Position numbers and translations under genes: made by a program. The notes under the pieces are model-generated. The model did no database searches. It was given only the letters and a program-made list of their open reading frames with translations, and was not told where the DNA came from. Positions 11,905 to 22,500 of a stretch of 64,000 nt of DNA are shown here, in pieces; position 1 is the stretch's first letter, and the number at the start of each line of letters is the position of its first letter. This DNA is from a bacterium (GTDB lineage Bacteria; JADJOY01): the NCBI GenBank assembly GCA_046331705.1, contig JAXLQJ010000033.1, positions 1-64,000 on the forward strand, in the 5' to 3' direction.

Positions 11905-14169
11905 ATGAAGCGCGTCTGGAATCGAGCTCTCGAAGGCAAGACCACCGCGGTCGTCGGCACTGACGCCGGCTCGCCTCCGGAGGACTACCCGCTGGTGGTC
12001 GTGGCCGTGCGCTGCGACCTCCACGAGCAGCCGCTCGCACCGCTGCTCGAAGCGCGCGACGAGCTGGCGCGCTGGCTGGGCTGGGAGGGCGTCCTCGACG
12101 AGGCGCCGCGCCGCACCACCCAGGCGAGCCCGCGCTCGGGCTTGCTCGGCGATCGCGCGGAGCCGCGCCTCAACGATTGGATCCTCGCCACCTTTCGCGA
12201 GCTGGCGACGGAAGCGAGGGGGACCGTGGTGCTGCTCTTCGAGTCGGTCGATTTCGCCGACCCGGCGACCCTGGACGCGCTCCAGCGCATGGTGCTGCGG
12301 CGTGGCTGGCTGGGCGTGCCGCTGGTGCTGGCGTTCGCCGGTGAGCCGGAGGGCGAGGCCGCGGAGCTGTTGCGAGCGGTCGAGCAGGCGGAGGGCCCCG
12401 AGGGGATCGTGCGCTTCGAGATCGCTCCGGCGAGCGAGCCGCCCGAGGACGTCGCGATCCCCGACGTGCCGACCGACGTGATCCGGGCGTTGCGCGCCGC
12501 CGCCACGATCGGAGCCACCTTCGAGAGCCACCAGGTGGCCTCGCTGCTCGGCATCGACGGCGTCGAAGCGCTCGAGCTCTTCCAGCGCGCCCGCGATGCG
12601 GGCGTGCCGCTCGAAGATCGCGGCGACGGGCGCTTCCGCTGGCCACGGGCGTGGGTCGATGCGTTGCGCCAGAGCGTGCTGCCGTCGCTCGCCGCGGCCT
12701 GGCACCAGCGCTTGGCCGAGCTCATCGACGACGCGGACGAAGACCAGCTCGCCGCCCGCAAGCTGCGCGTCATCCCGCCGCCCACGTTCACGATCCGGCG
12801 CGCGGCGCCGAAGGCCGGCGTCGCGGAAGTCGAGGCGACCTCCAACCCGGAGGCTGCGCCAGCGGATCGCCGGGCACGCCCCCCCGCGCCGCTGCCGAAC
12901 GCGAGCACCGCGCCGGCGGAAGCGGCGCCACGCGCCGCGGGCACGCTGGTGCCGATCGAAGCCACCCCGCCCACGGCCGCCGAGATCGTGGCCGACGAGG
13001 AGGCGCTGAGCGCGTTCGTGGGCGAGCCCAAGCGGACGGCGCGAACGTCGCCCACCGACGCGCGCGCCGCGCGCCACCTCGCGGAAGCGGGCCGGCACGA
13101 CGCCGCCATCGAGCGCTACCTGGTCGCCGCCGAGGACGCCGCCGCGCGCGGCTCGAACCGGCTCGCGATCGATTACGGGCGCGAGGCGCTCAAGCTCCTC
13201 GGCAAGCTGCCGCTCACGACCCGGCGCCGCCGCCTGCGCATCGAGATCCTGGCGCGTCTCGGCAGGCTGCAATGGGAAGCGGCGGGGCCGGGCTCCGACT
13301 TCACGCTGGCGGAAGCGCTGCGCGCGCTCGAGGAAGCGCGCGCGTTGGTTCGCGAGGACGATCCCGTGCATCTCGCCGCTGGCGTGCGCGCGCTGATCGC
13401 GGGGGTTTGCTACGACCTCGGCGACCCGCCGTCGCTCGAACGCGCGTTGAGCGAGCTGACCGACGCGAGCCGCGAGCTGGCGGCTGCCGGCGACGCCCGC
13501 GGCGCGGCGCGGCTCTTCAACGATCAAGCGGCGGTGTGGGTGCGCATCGGCGATCCGGTACGCGCCAACCACCTCCTCGAGGAATCGCGCGGCGTGTTCG
13601 CGCGGCTCGCCGCCGACGACGCGGAGGCGCGCATCGAGCTCGCCGAGACCGACCACCTGATCGCGCGCTTGCCGCTGCACGTGCGGCCGCGCCCGGGACG
13701 CGCCGACGACGCCGTCGAGATGGGCCTGCGCCACGCCCGCGACGCCGAGCGGCGCTACCGCGAGCTCGGCGCCACTCGCGAGGTGGCGCGCGTGTGGGAG
13801 ACCATGGGGCGGCTCGAGCTGCACCGCGGCGCGAGCGCGGCCGCCGCCGAGCACCTCACCCGCGCCGTCGAGGTGCAGAGCGAGGTCGGCGACATGATCG
13901 GGCTGGCGCGCAGCTCGGCGGCCCTCGCGGAGGTGCTGGCGGCGGGCGGCCGCCTCGCCGACGCGATCGCGGTGCTCGGCGACTCGGTGGAGCTCAACAG
14001 TCAAAAGGGCAGCCCGCTCGGCCTCGCGTACAACCGCCGCGCCCTCGAGCGGTTCCAGAGCCGCCTCGATGCCACCACGCGCAACACGCTCGCCCCGGAG
14101 CTGACGCGGATCACGACCCAGCTCGCCGAGGCCGAGGCCTCGTTCGGACGCGTACACCTCGAGGACTGA
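11905..14169 (+). CDS. STAND/MalT-like ATPase-derived TPR protein lacking a Walker A motif
   Basis: [19 protein letters not shown] (degenerate Walker-B region), [17 protein letters not shown] winged-helix region, [20 protein letters not shown] followed by TPR-like repeats; in-frame TGA at 11899 and GGAGA RBS support this start. Confidence 0.65.
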   Translation: MKRVWNRALEGKTTAVVGTDAGSPPEDYPLVVVAVRCDLHEQPLAPLLEARDELARWLGWEGVLDEAPRRTTQASPRSGLLGDRAEPRLNDWILATFRELATEARGTVVLLFESVDFADPATLDALQRMVLRRGWLGVPLVLAFAGEPEGEAAELLRAVEQAEGPEGIVRFEIAPASEPPEDVAIPDVPTDVIRALRAAATIGATFESHQVASLLGIDGVEALELFQRARDAGVPLEDRGDGRFRWPRAWVDALRQSVLPSLAAAWHQRLAELIDDADEDQLAARKLRVIPPPTFTIRRAAPKAGVAEVEATSNPEAAPADRRARPPAPLPNASTAPAEAAPRAAGTLVPIEATPPTAAEIVADEEALSAFVGEPKRTARTSPTDARAARHLAEAGRHDAAIERYLVAAEDAAARGSNRLAIDYGREALKLLGKLPLTTRRRRLRIEILARLGRLQWEAAGPGSDFTLAEALRALEEARALVREDDPVHLAAGVRALIAGVCYDLGDPPSLERALSELTDASRELAAAGDARGAARLFNDQAAVWVRIGDPVRANHLLEESRGVFARLAADDAEARIELAETDHLIARLPLHVRPRPGRADDAVEMGLRHARDAERRYRELGATREVARVWETMGRLELHRGASAAAAEHLTRAVEVQSEVGDMIGLARSSAALAEVLAAGGRLADAIAVLGDSVELNSQKGSPLGLAYNRRALERFQSRLDATTRNTLAPELTRITTQLAEAEASFGRVHLED

Positions 14170-14212
14170 ACGTCGCGCCGTCCCCACCGTCCATCCCTCT
14201 CGGAGATTCGCG

Positions 14213-15229
14213 ATGAAAGCCTGGGAAATCCGTGATGCGTTCGGCCTCGATCACCTGGTGCGCGCCGAGCGCGCGGAGCCTGCGCTCGGCTTCGGGCAGG
14301 TGCGGCTCGCCATGAAGGCCGCGTCGCTCAACTTCCGCGACTCGCTCATGGTCCGGGGCGCCTACAACCCCAAGCAGAAGCTGCCGCTGATTCCCTGCTC
14401 GGACGGCGTGGGCGTGGTGGTCGAGGTCGGTGCGGGCGTTACCCGCGTGAAGGTGGGCGATCGGGTGTGTCCGATCTTCGCGCAGCGCTGGCTCGGCGGC
14501 GAGCCGACCCACGAGAAGCTCCGCTCGACGCTCGGCGGTCCCTTCGACGGCACCTTGACCGAAAGCATGGTGCTCTCCGAGGAAGGCGTGGTGCGCGTGC
14601 CCGCGCACCTCGGCGACGAGGCGGCGGCGACCCTGCCGTGCGCAGCGCTCACCGCGTGGAACGCGCTCACCGGCTACACGCCCGTGCGCGCCGGCGACAC
14701 CGTGCTGGTGCAAGGCACCGGCGGCGTGTCGATCTTCGCGCTGCAGCTCGCGAAGATCCTGGGATGCCGCGTGATCGCCACCTCGAGCAGCGACGAGAAG
14801 CTCGAGCGCGTGCGAGCCCTGGGCGCGGACGAGACTCTCAACTACCTGAGCCAGCCCGAGTGGGGGCGCGCGGCGCGCGAGCTCACCGGTGGGGTGGGCG
14901 TCGATCACATCGTGGAGGTGGGCGGCTCGGGGACGCTCACCCAATCGCTCCGGGCCATCCGCATCGGCGGCCAGATCAGCTTGATCGGCGTGCTCTCGGG
15001 CAACCAGAAGGACCTCAACATCAACCCGATCTTCATGCAGGCGGTGCGAGTCCAGGGGATCCTGGTCGGCCACCGGGAGTCGTTCGAGGCGATGATCCGC
15101 GCGATCGCGCTGCACGCGCTCGAGCCCGTGGTGGATCGCGTGTTCGGCTTCGACGAAGCGCCGGCGGCTTTCGACGCGCTGGCCAAGAGTCAGCTCTTCG
15201 GCAAGCTCTGCGTCCGCATCGCGACGTGA
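14213..15229 (+). CDS. NAD(P)-dependent zinc-type alcohol dehydrogenase-like protein (MDR family)
   Basis: AASLNFRD, IPCSDGVG, LPCAALTAWNAL, QGTGGVS, FGKLCV. Confidence 0.93.
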   Translation: MKAWEIRDAFGLDHLVRAERAEPALGFGQVRLAMKAASLNFRDSLMVRGAYNPKQKLPLIPCSDGVGVVVEVGAGVTRVKVGDRVCPIFAQRWLGGEPTHEKLRSTLGGPFDGTLTESMVLSEEGVVRVPAHLGDEAAATLPCAALTAWNALTGYTPVRAGDTVLVQGTGGVSIFALQLAKILGCRVIATSSSDEKLERVRALGADETLNYLSQPEWGRAARELTGGVGVDHIVEVGGSGTLTQSLRAIRIGGQISLIGVLSGNQKDLNINPIFMQAVRVQGILVGHRESFEAMIRAIALHALEPVVDRVFGFDEAPAAFDALAKSQLFGKLCVRIAT

Positions 15230-15289
15230 GCGACGCTCGGCCGCTCGCGGCACCAGGGCCTTCGGCCTGCGCCGCGGCAGGGAGACCCC

Positions 15290-15733
15290 ATGAATCGCAT
15301 CCGCGTCCATGCCGTCCTGGCGCTCGCCTTGGGTGTCGCCGGTTGTCCCGGCGCGCGGCCCACGAATCTGGGTGTGGCGAGCGGGCAGCTCGCGCCCTGC
15401 CCCGCCAGCCCGAACTGTGTCAGTGATCGGGCGACCGACGACGGTCACAAGATCGAGCCGCTCACGTATTCCGGGGATCGCGCCGCGGCGCTGGCGAAGC
15501 TCGCGAGCATCGTGACGGCGCACCCGCGGGCGCGGATCGTCGAGCAACGGGACGACTACCTCTACGCCGAGTTCACCAGCGCCCTGTGGCGATTCGTGGA
15601 CGACGTCGAGTTCCTCTGCGACGCCGACGGCCGCACGATCCACGTGCGCTCGGCGTCGCGCGTCGGTTACGGCGACCTGGGCGTCAACCGCCGCCGCATC
15701 GAGGACATCCGCCAACGCTTCCAGCGCGGCTGA
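15290..15733 (+). CDS. DUF1499 domain lipoprotein
   Basis: LAPCPASPNCVS, FVDDVEF, HVRSASRVGYGDLGVNRRRI; lipobox VAG-C. Confidence 0.92.
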   Translation: MNRIRVHAVLALALGVAGCPGARPTNLGVASGQLAPCPASPNCVSDRATDDGHKIEPLTYSGDRAAALAKLASIVTAHPRARIVEQRDDYLYAEFTSALWRFVDDVEFLCDADGRTIHVRSASRVGYGDLGVNRRRIEDIRQRFQRG

Positions 15734-15808
15734 TCCGCGCCCGGCCCGGCGCGCGTTGGCCACGACCCGCGCAGCTCGCCAGACTGCGCGCGTCCGGAAG
15801 CCTCCCTC

Positions 15809-17038
15809 GTGTCGACCCCCTCCGTGCCGCCCGATTCCCGCCGCGCCTGGCTCAATCGCAACGTCGTTGCGGTCGGGCTGGTGAGCCTGCTCACGGACGC
15901 CGCGAGCGAGATGGTGCTGCCGCTGCTGCCGGCCTTTCTCACGGTGACGCTCGGCGGCGGCGCCATGGCGCTCGGCTGGATCGAGGGCTTGGCGGACGCG
16001 GTCGCGAGCGCGCTCAAGCTCGTATCCGGGCGGTGGGCGGATCGCCTCGGCCGCAATCAGCCGCTGATGCTCCTCGGCTACGGCATCTCGACGATCGCGC
16101 GGCCGTTCGTGGCGATCGCCACCGCGCCGTGGCACGTCCTGGCGGTACGCGTGAGCGACCGGGTCGGCAAGGGCATCCGGTCGAGCCCGCGCGACTCGCT
16201 GCTCGCGCACGCGGTGCCCGCGGAACAACGCGGCGCGGCCTTCGGATTCCACCGCGCGATGGACCACGCGGGCGCCGTGATCGGCCCCACCATCGCGTTC
16301 CTGGTGCTGCGCTACGTGAGCAGCGACCTGCGCCACCTCTTCCTGCTCTCGGCGATCCCGGGCGTGTTCGCGGTGCTCGCCGTGGTGCTGGGCGTACGCG
16401 AGAGCCCCCCCGTCGCGCGCGCGGACGCGAGCCGCGACGCCGAGCCGATCGGCGCCGCGTCCGACGTGGCCTCCGCCGCCACCTCGCTCGCCGGGCTGCT
16501 CACACTGCTGGCGCCGCTCGCGATCTTCACGCTGGGCAAGGCGAGCGAGACGTTCCTGCTGCTCAAGGCGGGCGCCCAATCGGCGAGCCTCACCACGCTG
16601 CCGCTGCTCTGGATCGGCCTGCACGTCGTGAAGTCGGCGTGCTCGTTTCGCGGCGGTGTGCTGAGCGATCGTCGGGGGCGCGCGCGCGTCATCGGCGCGG
16701 GCTGGGCGCTGCACGTCGGGATCTACGCGGCCCTCGCGTTCGCGAGCTCGCGGACCGCGGTCTGCGCGCTCTTTCTCGCGTACGGCATTCCGGCGGGGCT
16801 CACCGAGGGTGCCGAGAAGGCCTTGGTCTCGGCGCTCGCTCCCAAGCGCGGCCAGGGCACCGGATTCGGCTGGTATCACCTGACGCTCGGCATGAGCGCC
16901 CTGCTGGCGAGCGTCGTGTTCGGGACGTTGTGGGACGCGTTCGGTCCCCGCGTGGCGTTCCTGACCGGCGCCTCGCTCTCGGCGATCGGGTTGGCGCTGT
17001 TCGCGCGGCTGCGCCCCGACCGGCACGCCCGCGCCTGA
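15809..17038 (+). CDS. MFS transporter
   Basis: About 12 TM segments; SLLTDAASEM, GRWADRLGR, DRVGKGIRSSPRD, GFHRAMDHAGA. Confidence 0.93.
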   Translation: MSTPSVPPDSRRAWLNRNVVAVGLVSLLTDAASEMVLPLLPAFLTVTLGGGAMALGWIEGLADAVASALKLVSGRWADRLGRNQPLMLLGYGISTIARPFVAIATAPWHVLAVRVSDRVGKGIRSSPRDSLLAHAVPAEQRGAAFGFHRAMDHAGAVIGPTIAFLVLRYVSSDLRHLFLLSAIPGVFAVLAVVLGVRESPPVARADASRDAEPIGAASDVASAATSLAGLLTLLAPLAIFTLGKASETFLLLKAGAQSASLTTLPLLWIGLHVVKSACSFRGGVLSDRRGRARVIGAGWALHVGIYAALAFASSRTAVCALFLAYGIPAGLTEGAEKALVSALAPKRGQGTGFGWYHLTLGMSALLASVVFGTLWDAFGPRVAFLTGASLSAIGLALFARLRPDRHARA

Positions 17039-17109
17039 TCCCGCGTCCCGCTCGTCACCGCCCTCCATCGATGCCCGGATGCGAATCGGGGTCACTCAGG
17101 TTCTCGCCC

Positions 17110-18360
17110 ATGCCCAGCCCCAGACGACTCACCTCGCTAGCGATCGCGTGCGCGCTGGCTCTCTCCGGCTGCCGATCGGGATCCGCGCCGCGATCGGGTG
17201 ACCGCGCGAGCGACGGCGCCGCGAGCGCGACCAGCCCGCACGAGCGAACGGCGACCACGCCCACCGCGCCCGCGTCGGCCATCCCCGACGCGCTTCCCGG
17301 CATGCCGCCGGTCCTCGACGCGAGCAACTTGAACTCCGAGGCGAGCGCCGGAAGGCTCGCGCCCGCCGCCGCGCAGGCGCTGCGGCGGGTCTACGTGCCG
17401 AACAGCGAGGACGGCACGGTGAGCGTGATCGACGCGACCACCTACCAGGTCATCGGCACCTTCGCGGTCGGCAAGCACCCGCAACACGTGGTCCCGTCGT
17501 GGGATCTCAAGACGCTGTGGGTCGCGAACAACCACGGCGACTCGCTCACGCCCATCGACCCGCTCACCGGCGAGCTCGGGGCAGCGGTGACGGTCGACGA
17601 TCCGTACAACATGTACTTCACGCCCGACGGGCGCTTCGCGATCGTGGTCGCCGAGGAGCTGATGCGCCTCGACTTCCGCGACGCTCAGACGATGGCGCTC
17701 GTCCAGTCCGTGCCCGTGACGTGCAAGGGCGTCGACCACATGGACTTCACGATCGACGGCCGCTTCGCGCTCGCCACCTGCGAGTTCTCGGGCGAGCTCG
17801 CGAGGCTCGACGTCGCGGCGCGCAAGGTCGTGGGGTACCTGAAGCTCGACCCCGACGGGCTCGGCAAGAAGTCGATGCCCCAGGACGTCCGCTTCGGCCC
17901 CGACGGCAAGCGCGCCTTCGTCGCCGACATGATGGCCGACGGCGTGTGGGTGGTGGACTCCGCGTCGTTCACGCGCGTGGGCTTCGTCGCCACCGGCAAG
18001 GGCGCTCATGGCATCTATCCCAGCCGCGACGGCAAGCTGCTCTACGTGACCAACCGCGGCTGCAGCCACGTCTACGGATGCGAGAAAGGACCAGGCAGCG
18101 TCGCCGTGCTCGACCCTGGCAGCCTGCAGGTGATCGCCACCTGGCCGATCCCCGAGGGCGGCAGCCCCGACATGGGGAACGTGAGCAGCGATGGGAACGA
18201 GCTCTGGCTCTCCGGGCGCTACGACGACGAGGTCTACGTCATCGATACCCGCAGCGGTGCTCTCGCGCACCGCATCCCGGTGGGGCGCGGTCCGCACGGC
18301 CTCACCGTGTGGCCGCAGCCCGGACGCTACTCGCTCGGGCACACCGGCAACATGCGATAG
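17110..18360 (+). CDS. YVTN/YncE-family beta-propeller lipoprotein
   Basis: Start MPSPRR; lipobox LALSG-C; VYVPNS..VSVID, YVTNRG, C-terminal PHGLTVWPQPGRYSLGHTG. Confidence 0.88.
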   Translation: MPSPRRLTSLAIACALALSGCRSGSAPRSGDRASDGAASATSPHERTATTPTAPASAIPDALPGMPPVLDASNLNSEASAGRLAPAAAQALRRVYVPNSEDGTVSVIDATTYQVIGTFAVGKHPQHVVPSWDLKTLWVANNHGDSLTPIDPLTGELGAAVTVDDPYNMYFTPDGRFAIVVAEELMRLDFRDAQTMALVQSVPVTCKGVDHMDFTIDGRFALATCEFSGELARLDVAARKVVGYLKLDPDGLGKKSMPQDVRFGPDGKRAFVADMMADGVWVVDSASFTRVGFVATGKGAHGIYPSRDGKLLYVTNRGCSHVYGCEKGPGSVAVLDPGSLQVIATWPIPEGGSPDMGNVSSDGNELWLSGRYDDEVYVIDTRSGALAHRIPVGRGPHGLTVWPQPGRYSLGHTGNMR

Positions 18361-18437
18361 TCGGCGCCGTTCGGGCCGATCGGTCTCCGCTCGCGCACGC
18401 GATCCCGCGGCGTCGGGCGCGCGGACGTGGAGGATGG

Positions 18438-19499
18438 ATGAGTCATCGCGTGATCCAGTGGGCGACCGGCAACGTCGGCAAGCTCGCCATCCAGGCCATC
18501 GCGCGCCATCCCGAGCTCGAGCTCGTGGGCGTGTGGGTGCACGACGAGGCGAAGGTCGGCCGCGATGCCGGTGAGATCGCCGGCATCGCATCGCTCGGCG
18601 TCGCCGCGACCAACGACGTCGACGCGCTGCTGGCCCTCGACGCCGACTGCGTCATGTACTGCCCGCTGCCGTGGCAGGTCGACGAGATGTGCCGCATCCT
18701 CGAGTCGCGGAAGAACGTCGTCACCACCTGCGGCTATCACCATCCCTACATCCAGTTCCCCGAGGCCACCGCGGAGCTCGAGCGCGCCTGCCAGCGTGGC
18801 GGTGTGTCGCTGCACAGCTCGGGCAGCAATCCCGGCGGCGTGAGCGAACGCTTTCCGCTCACGTTCAGCGGCTGGTGCAGCCGCATCGATCGGCTGGTGG
18901 TCACCGAGTACGGCGACTGCCGCCACTACGACACGCCGGGAATGATCTTCGAGGTGATGCTGTTCGGGAAGAGCGAGGCGGAGGCGCGCGCCGGCTTCAT
19001 GCTGGAGATCCTGAAGCGCTGCTTCTACGAGTCGCTCGACATGGTGGCCGCGGGGCTCGGCGTGCGGATCGATCGCTACGGGTTCACGCACGACGTGGCG
19101 CTGGCGAGCGAGCCCATCGAGACCGCTGCCGGCACCATCGCCGCCGGCACCGTCGCGGCACAGCGCTTCACGTACTCCGGCATCGTCGACGGTGGCCCGC
19201 ACCTCGAAACGCGCCAGGTGTGGGTGATGGACGATCTCCCGTTCACGCGCTTCGACCGGCCGTGGGAAGGCGATCGCCTGGACGGCTGGAACATCCACAT
19301 CGAGGGCGATCCGTCGTTCGACGTGAACATCGACTTCCCGGCCCACTACACCGGCCGGCAGCGCACTCGCGACGGCATGATGGCCACCGCCGTCCACTGC
19401 GTGAACGCGATCCCCGCCACCTGCCGCGCCGCGCCGGGGATCCGCACCTACCTCGATCTACCCCTGATCACCGCCTGCGCCGGCCGCGCCGGGCGGTGA
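18438..19499 (+). CDS. Dihydrodipicolinate-reductase-like NAD(P)H-dependent amine dehydrogenase family protein
   Basis: Start MSHRVIQWATGNVG after GGAGG; KVGRDAGE, SGSNPG, ATAVHCVNAIP..AAPGIRTYLDLP. Confidence 0.85.
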   Translation: MSHRVIQWATGNVGKLAIQAIARHPELELVGVWVHDEAKVGRDAGEIAGIASLGVAATNDVDALLALDADCVMYCPLPWQVDEMCRILESRKNVVTTCGYHHPYIQFPEATAELERACQRGGVSLHSSGSNPGGVSERFPLTFSGWCSRIDRLVVTEYGDCRHYDTPGMIFEVMLFGKSEAEARAGFMLEILKRCFYESLDMVAAGLGVRIDRYGFTHDVALASEPIETAAGTIAAGTVAAQRFTYSGIVDGGPHLETRQVWVMDDLPFTRFDRPWEGDRLDGWNIHIEGDPSFDVNIDFPAHYTGRQRTRDGMMATAVHCVNAIPATCRAAPGIRTYLDLPLITACAGRAGR

Positions 19500-19509
19500 G
19501 CAGGGCCGC

Positions 19510-22500
19510 TCACTCGCCGCCGGCGGACGCCGCCGCGAGCATCGCGTCGAACGCCGCGACCAGCGCGTGGGCATCCAGATCCGCGGGCAGCTTCTTGAGC
19601 TTCAGCAGCTTCGCGCGGCAGCGCGCGTCGAATCGGCGCTTGTGCTCGAGCACCGCCACGCTGCGTTCGTCGTTGACGTAGAAGGGGCAGTCCTTCGCGC
19701 CAGCGGCGTGCATCGGGTCGCGGGCGGTGGCGGTGTCGAAGATCTTGGCCGCGAGCGTCGACACCAGCTCGTTTCCGATCACCTGCTCCATCACGCGCCC
19801 GCGCCGCGGGATCTCGAACCCGGCGACCGAGAACACCATCACCCGTAGCGCTTCCTCGTGACTCCACCACGCGTACCAGTCGTACCCCGCCTTCTCGTCC
19901 ATGAGCCACTGGTCGGTGATGGCGACGAGGTAGTGCACGCCGATCTCGTCGGGCTTGGCCTGGAGCCGCGTGAGGAAGGCTTCGGCGTTCAGGTAGGCGC
20001 GGCCGTAGCGCTGCTTCTGGTTCCACACGCCGTACGGGGCGACCAGGTTGACGCGCTTGAGCTCGATCCGCTGCTGGGCGCGATTGAGGCGCTCGAGCAG
20101 CGCGTCGATGCCGATGAAGGAGCGCGTGAGGTCGGCGACGCCCACGCGCACACGCTCGACCGGGCGGCCGCGTGCCGCCGCGGGTGTCCCGGCGGCGCCC
20201 GGTCGCTCCGGTGCCGCGGTGGCCGCCGCCGCCGTTGGACGAGGCCTGCAGAGCCGATAGCTCGGGTCGCGTGCGTAGAGCACCGGAACGGCGGCGTCGA
20301 TGAGCTCCTCTTCCACCGAGTAGCCGAGCGCGATGCGCGACTCGCGCGCCGCTTCGCCGAGCGTCGCACCCGTCGCCAGCGCCCAGTAGAAGTGCTCGGC
20401 GAATGCCACGGCCGACGGATCCAGCACGGGGTATTGATTGGCCATCACCGCCGGAATGCCGGCGTGGACCAGGGCCTGCGCGACGCCGCGATTGAGCGTC
20501 CGGTGGCTGCCTTCCGCGGTATCGCAGGCATTCAGGAACACCAGTCGGATGCCGCGGCCGCTCAGGATCTCGCGTAGCTGCTGGATTCGGATCTCCTTCT
20601 TGATCCGGGCCTCGTTGACGAAGATGAGCGTCCCTTCGGCGGCCTTGCGGTCGAACTCGCCGTGGCCGATGAAGTGGACGATGTCGTAGCCGCGGCGCTC
20701 CTCGGCGTCGACGCCATCGCGCAGCGCGCGCGTGTCGCGGTGCTCGCGCACGGCGGCCTCGATCTTGCGGTGCAATCGGCCCGCGGTGACGTCGGTGAGG
20801 GTGTCGACGGTGACCAGCTTCGCGTCGATGAGTCGCCGAAAGCCCGCTTCGATCCGATCGCGCTCGTCTTCCGACGACAACGCCGGCGCGTCGAACGGCT
20901 GCGCGACCACGACGAGAATGCGAAGCGGATCGTGCGGGAGGATCGGCGTGAGCCGCTCGGCCGGAACCGCCGAGAGCACGTTTCGGACCAGGTGAACCTC
21001 TTCGGTCACCAGGAACTTCTTGCGATCGGGATCGAACGCCAGCTCCCACGGCAGCGTGGCCAGCCACGGCACCGCGGAGGTGAGCACGAGATTCAGCGGG
21101 CGTTCGCGTTGCTCCGAGCGTGCGATGTCGTAGAGCCGCTTCACGCCTCCCACGAAGAGGCTCTCGAAGAGATCGACTCCCACTGCGCGCAGCTCCTCGC
21201 GCGTGGGCGTGGGGGGAATTCGCTTGGTTCGCGAATCCGGCTGATTCGTGAGGATGAGCCGGATGCGCTTGTGCATGCCGATGATGCGGTGGAAGCGCGA
21301 GCCGGGCCCGTCCCGTTCGGCATCGTCCTTCGCCAAGGTCTCCGGATCACGCGTGGCGAAGGGATCGAGCGTGCGCGCGCCGTTGTACATGGCGAGGATG
21401 CGTGCGCCCGGCTGGCCGGCTCGGCGCGCCCTCGTGCTGTCTGGCGCTGCGCCGGCAGTGGGGTCGTCGAGGATCATGAGCTGGAGCACGTCGTCGCCAG
21501 AGAAGCGGCTGGGAAAGACGGCGGCGGCCAGCGGGGTCGCGTCGCGGTCGCCGAACGCGCCCGCCTGGCGCGCATCGTCGTGTGCGCGGGGCCGCGGCGC
21601 GCGGGGCTCGCGATCGAGCCCGAGCCCGCCGCGCCGCGCGATGCGCGTGGGCAGCGGCCGATCCGGATCGAGAAGCTCGATCGACGGCTGCTTGCCCGTG
21701 AGCGTGTCGGCGAGGAACTGAGCCGTGGCGTCGTGGCGGAAGAAGTCCACGTGGCTCACGGGCTCGTCGTTCCGCGACCTCAGATTGCCTCCGGGACCGA
21801 AACAGCCGATGCGCTGGGCGGGAATCGCGCTCGACGCGCCGTCGACCCGCCAGCCGCCTTGGGTGGGCACGACCAGGTCGTTGGCGCCGTCGAAGAACCG
21901 ATCGATGCCGGCGTCGAGGAGCCTCGAGAGCACTCCACTCGTGGGCTCGTAGCTCGAGCACAGCGCCGAGTAGGCCGAGAGCGGCGGTCCCGGCGGCGCC
22001 TCGAGCGCGTGCAACGTCGCGCTGTCGCGATCCATCACCGCGACGCCGCGCATCGCCGGGATCACGTTGGACGCGAGCCACACGATGCCGTTGGCGAGCA
22101 GCTCGGGCAGCGTGGTCCACGGGTTGTCCGGCAGCACCTCCAGCAGATTGGCGAGCAGCCCGAAGGTCTGCTCGTAGCGTCCCGGTGTGGCGAGCGGCGT
22201 GCCCGCGTTCGGCGACGCGACCAAGACCGCGCGGCCGAGCCGAAATCGCTCGGCCTTCGCGCCGAAGAGCTCCCGCCGCTCCACGGCGTGGCGCAGCACC
22301 AGGCCGCCGCGCGAGTGGGTGACGACGTCGAACTCGCGGCCGCTCTGCGGCAGCGCATCGAGCAGGTCGTGGACGTTCTCTTCCGGCTCGTCGCTGATGG
22401 TGTAGTGGTTGAACGCGAAGATCCGGTCGCCGTAGAGCGGCCGCACGGACTCGAAGAAACGCGTGCGGCCAAGGGCGTCGAACGCGCCGCGCGCATTCGA

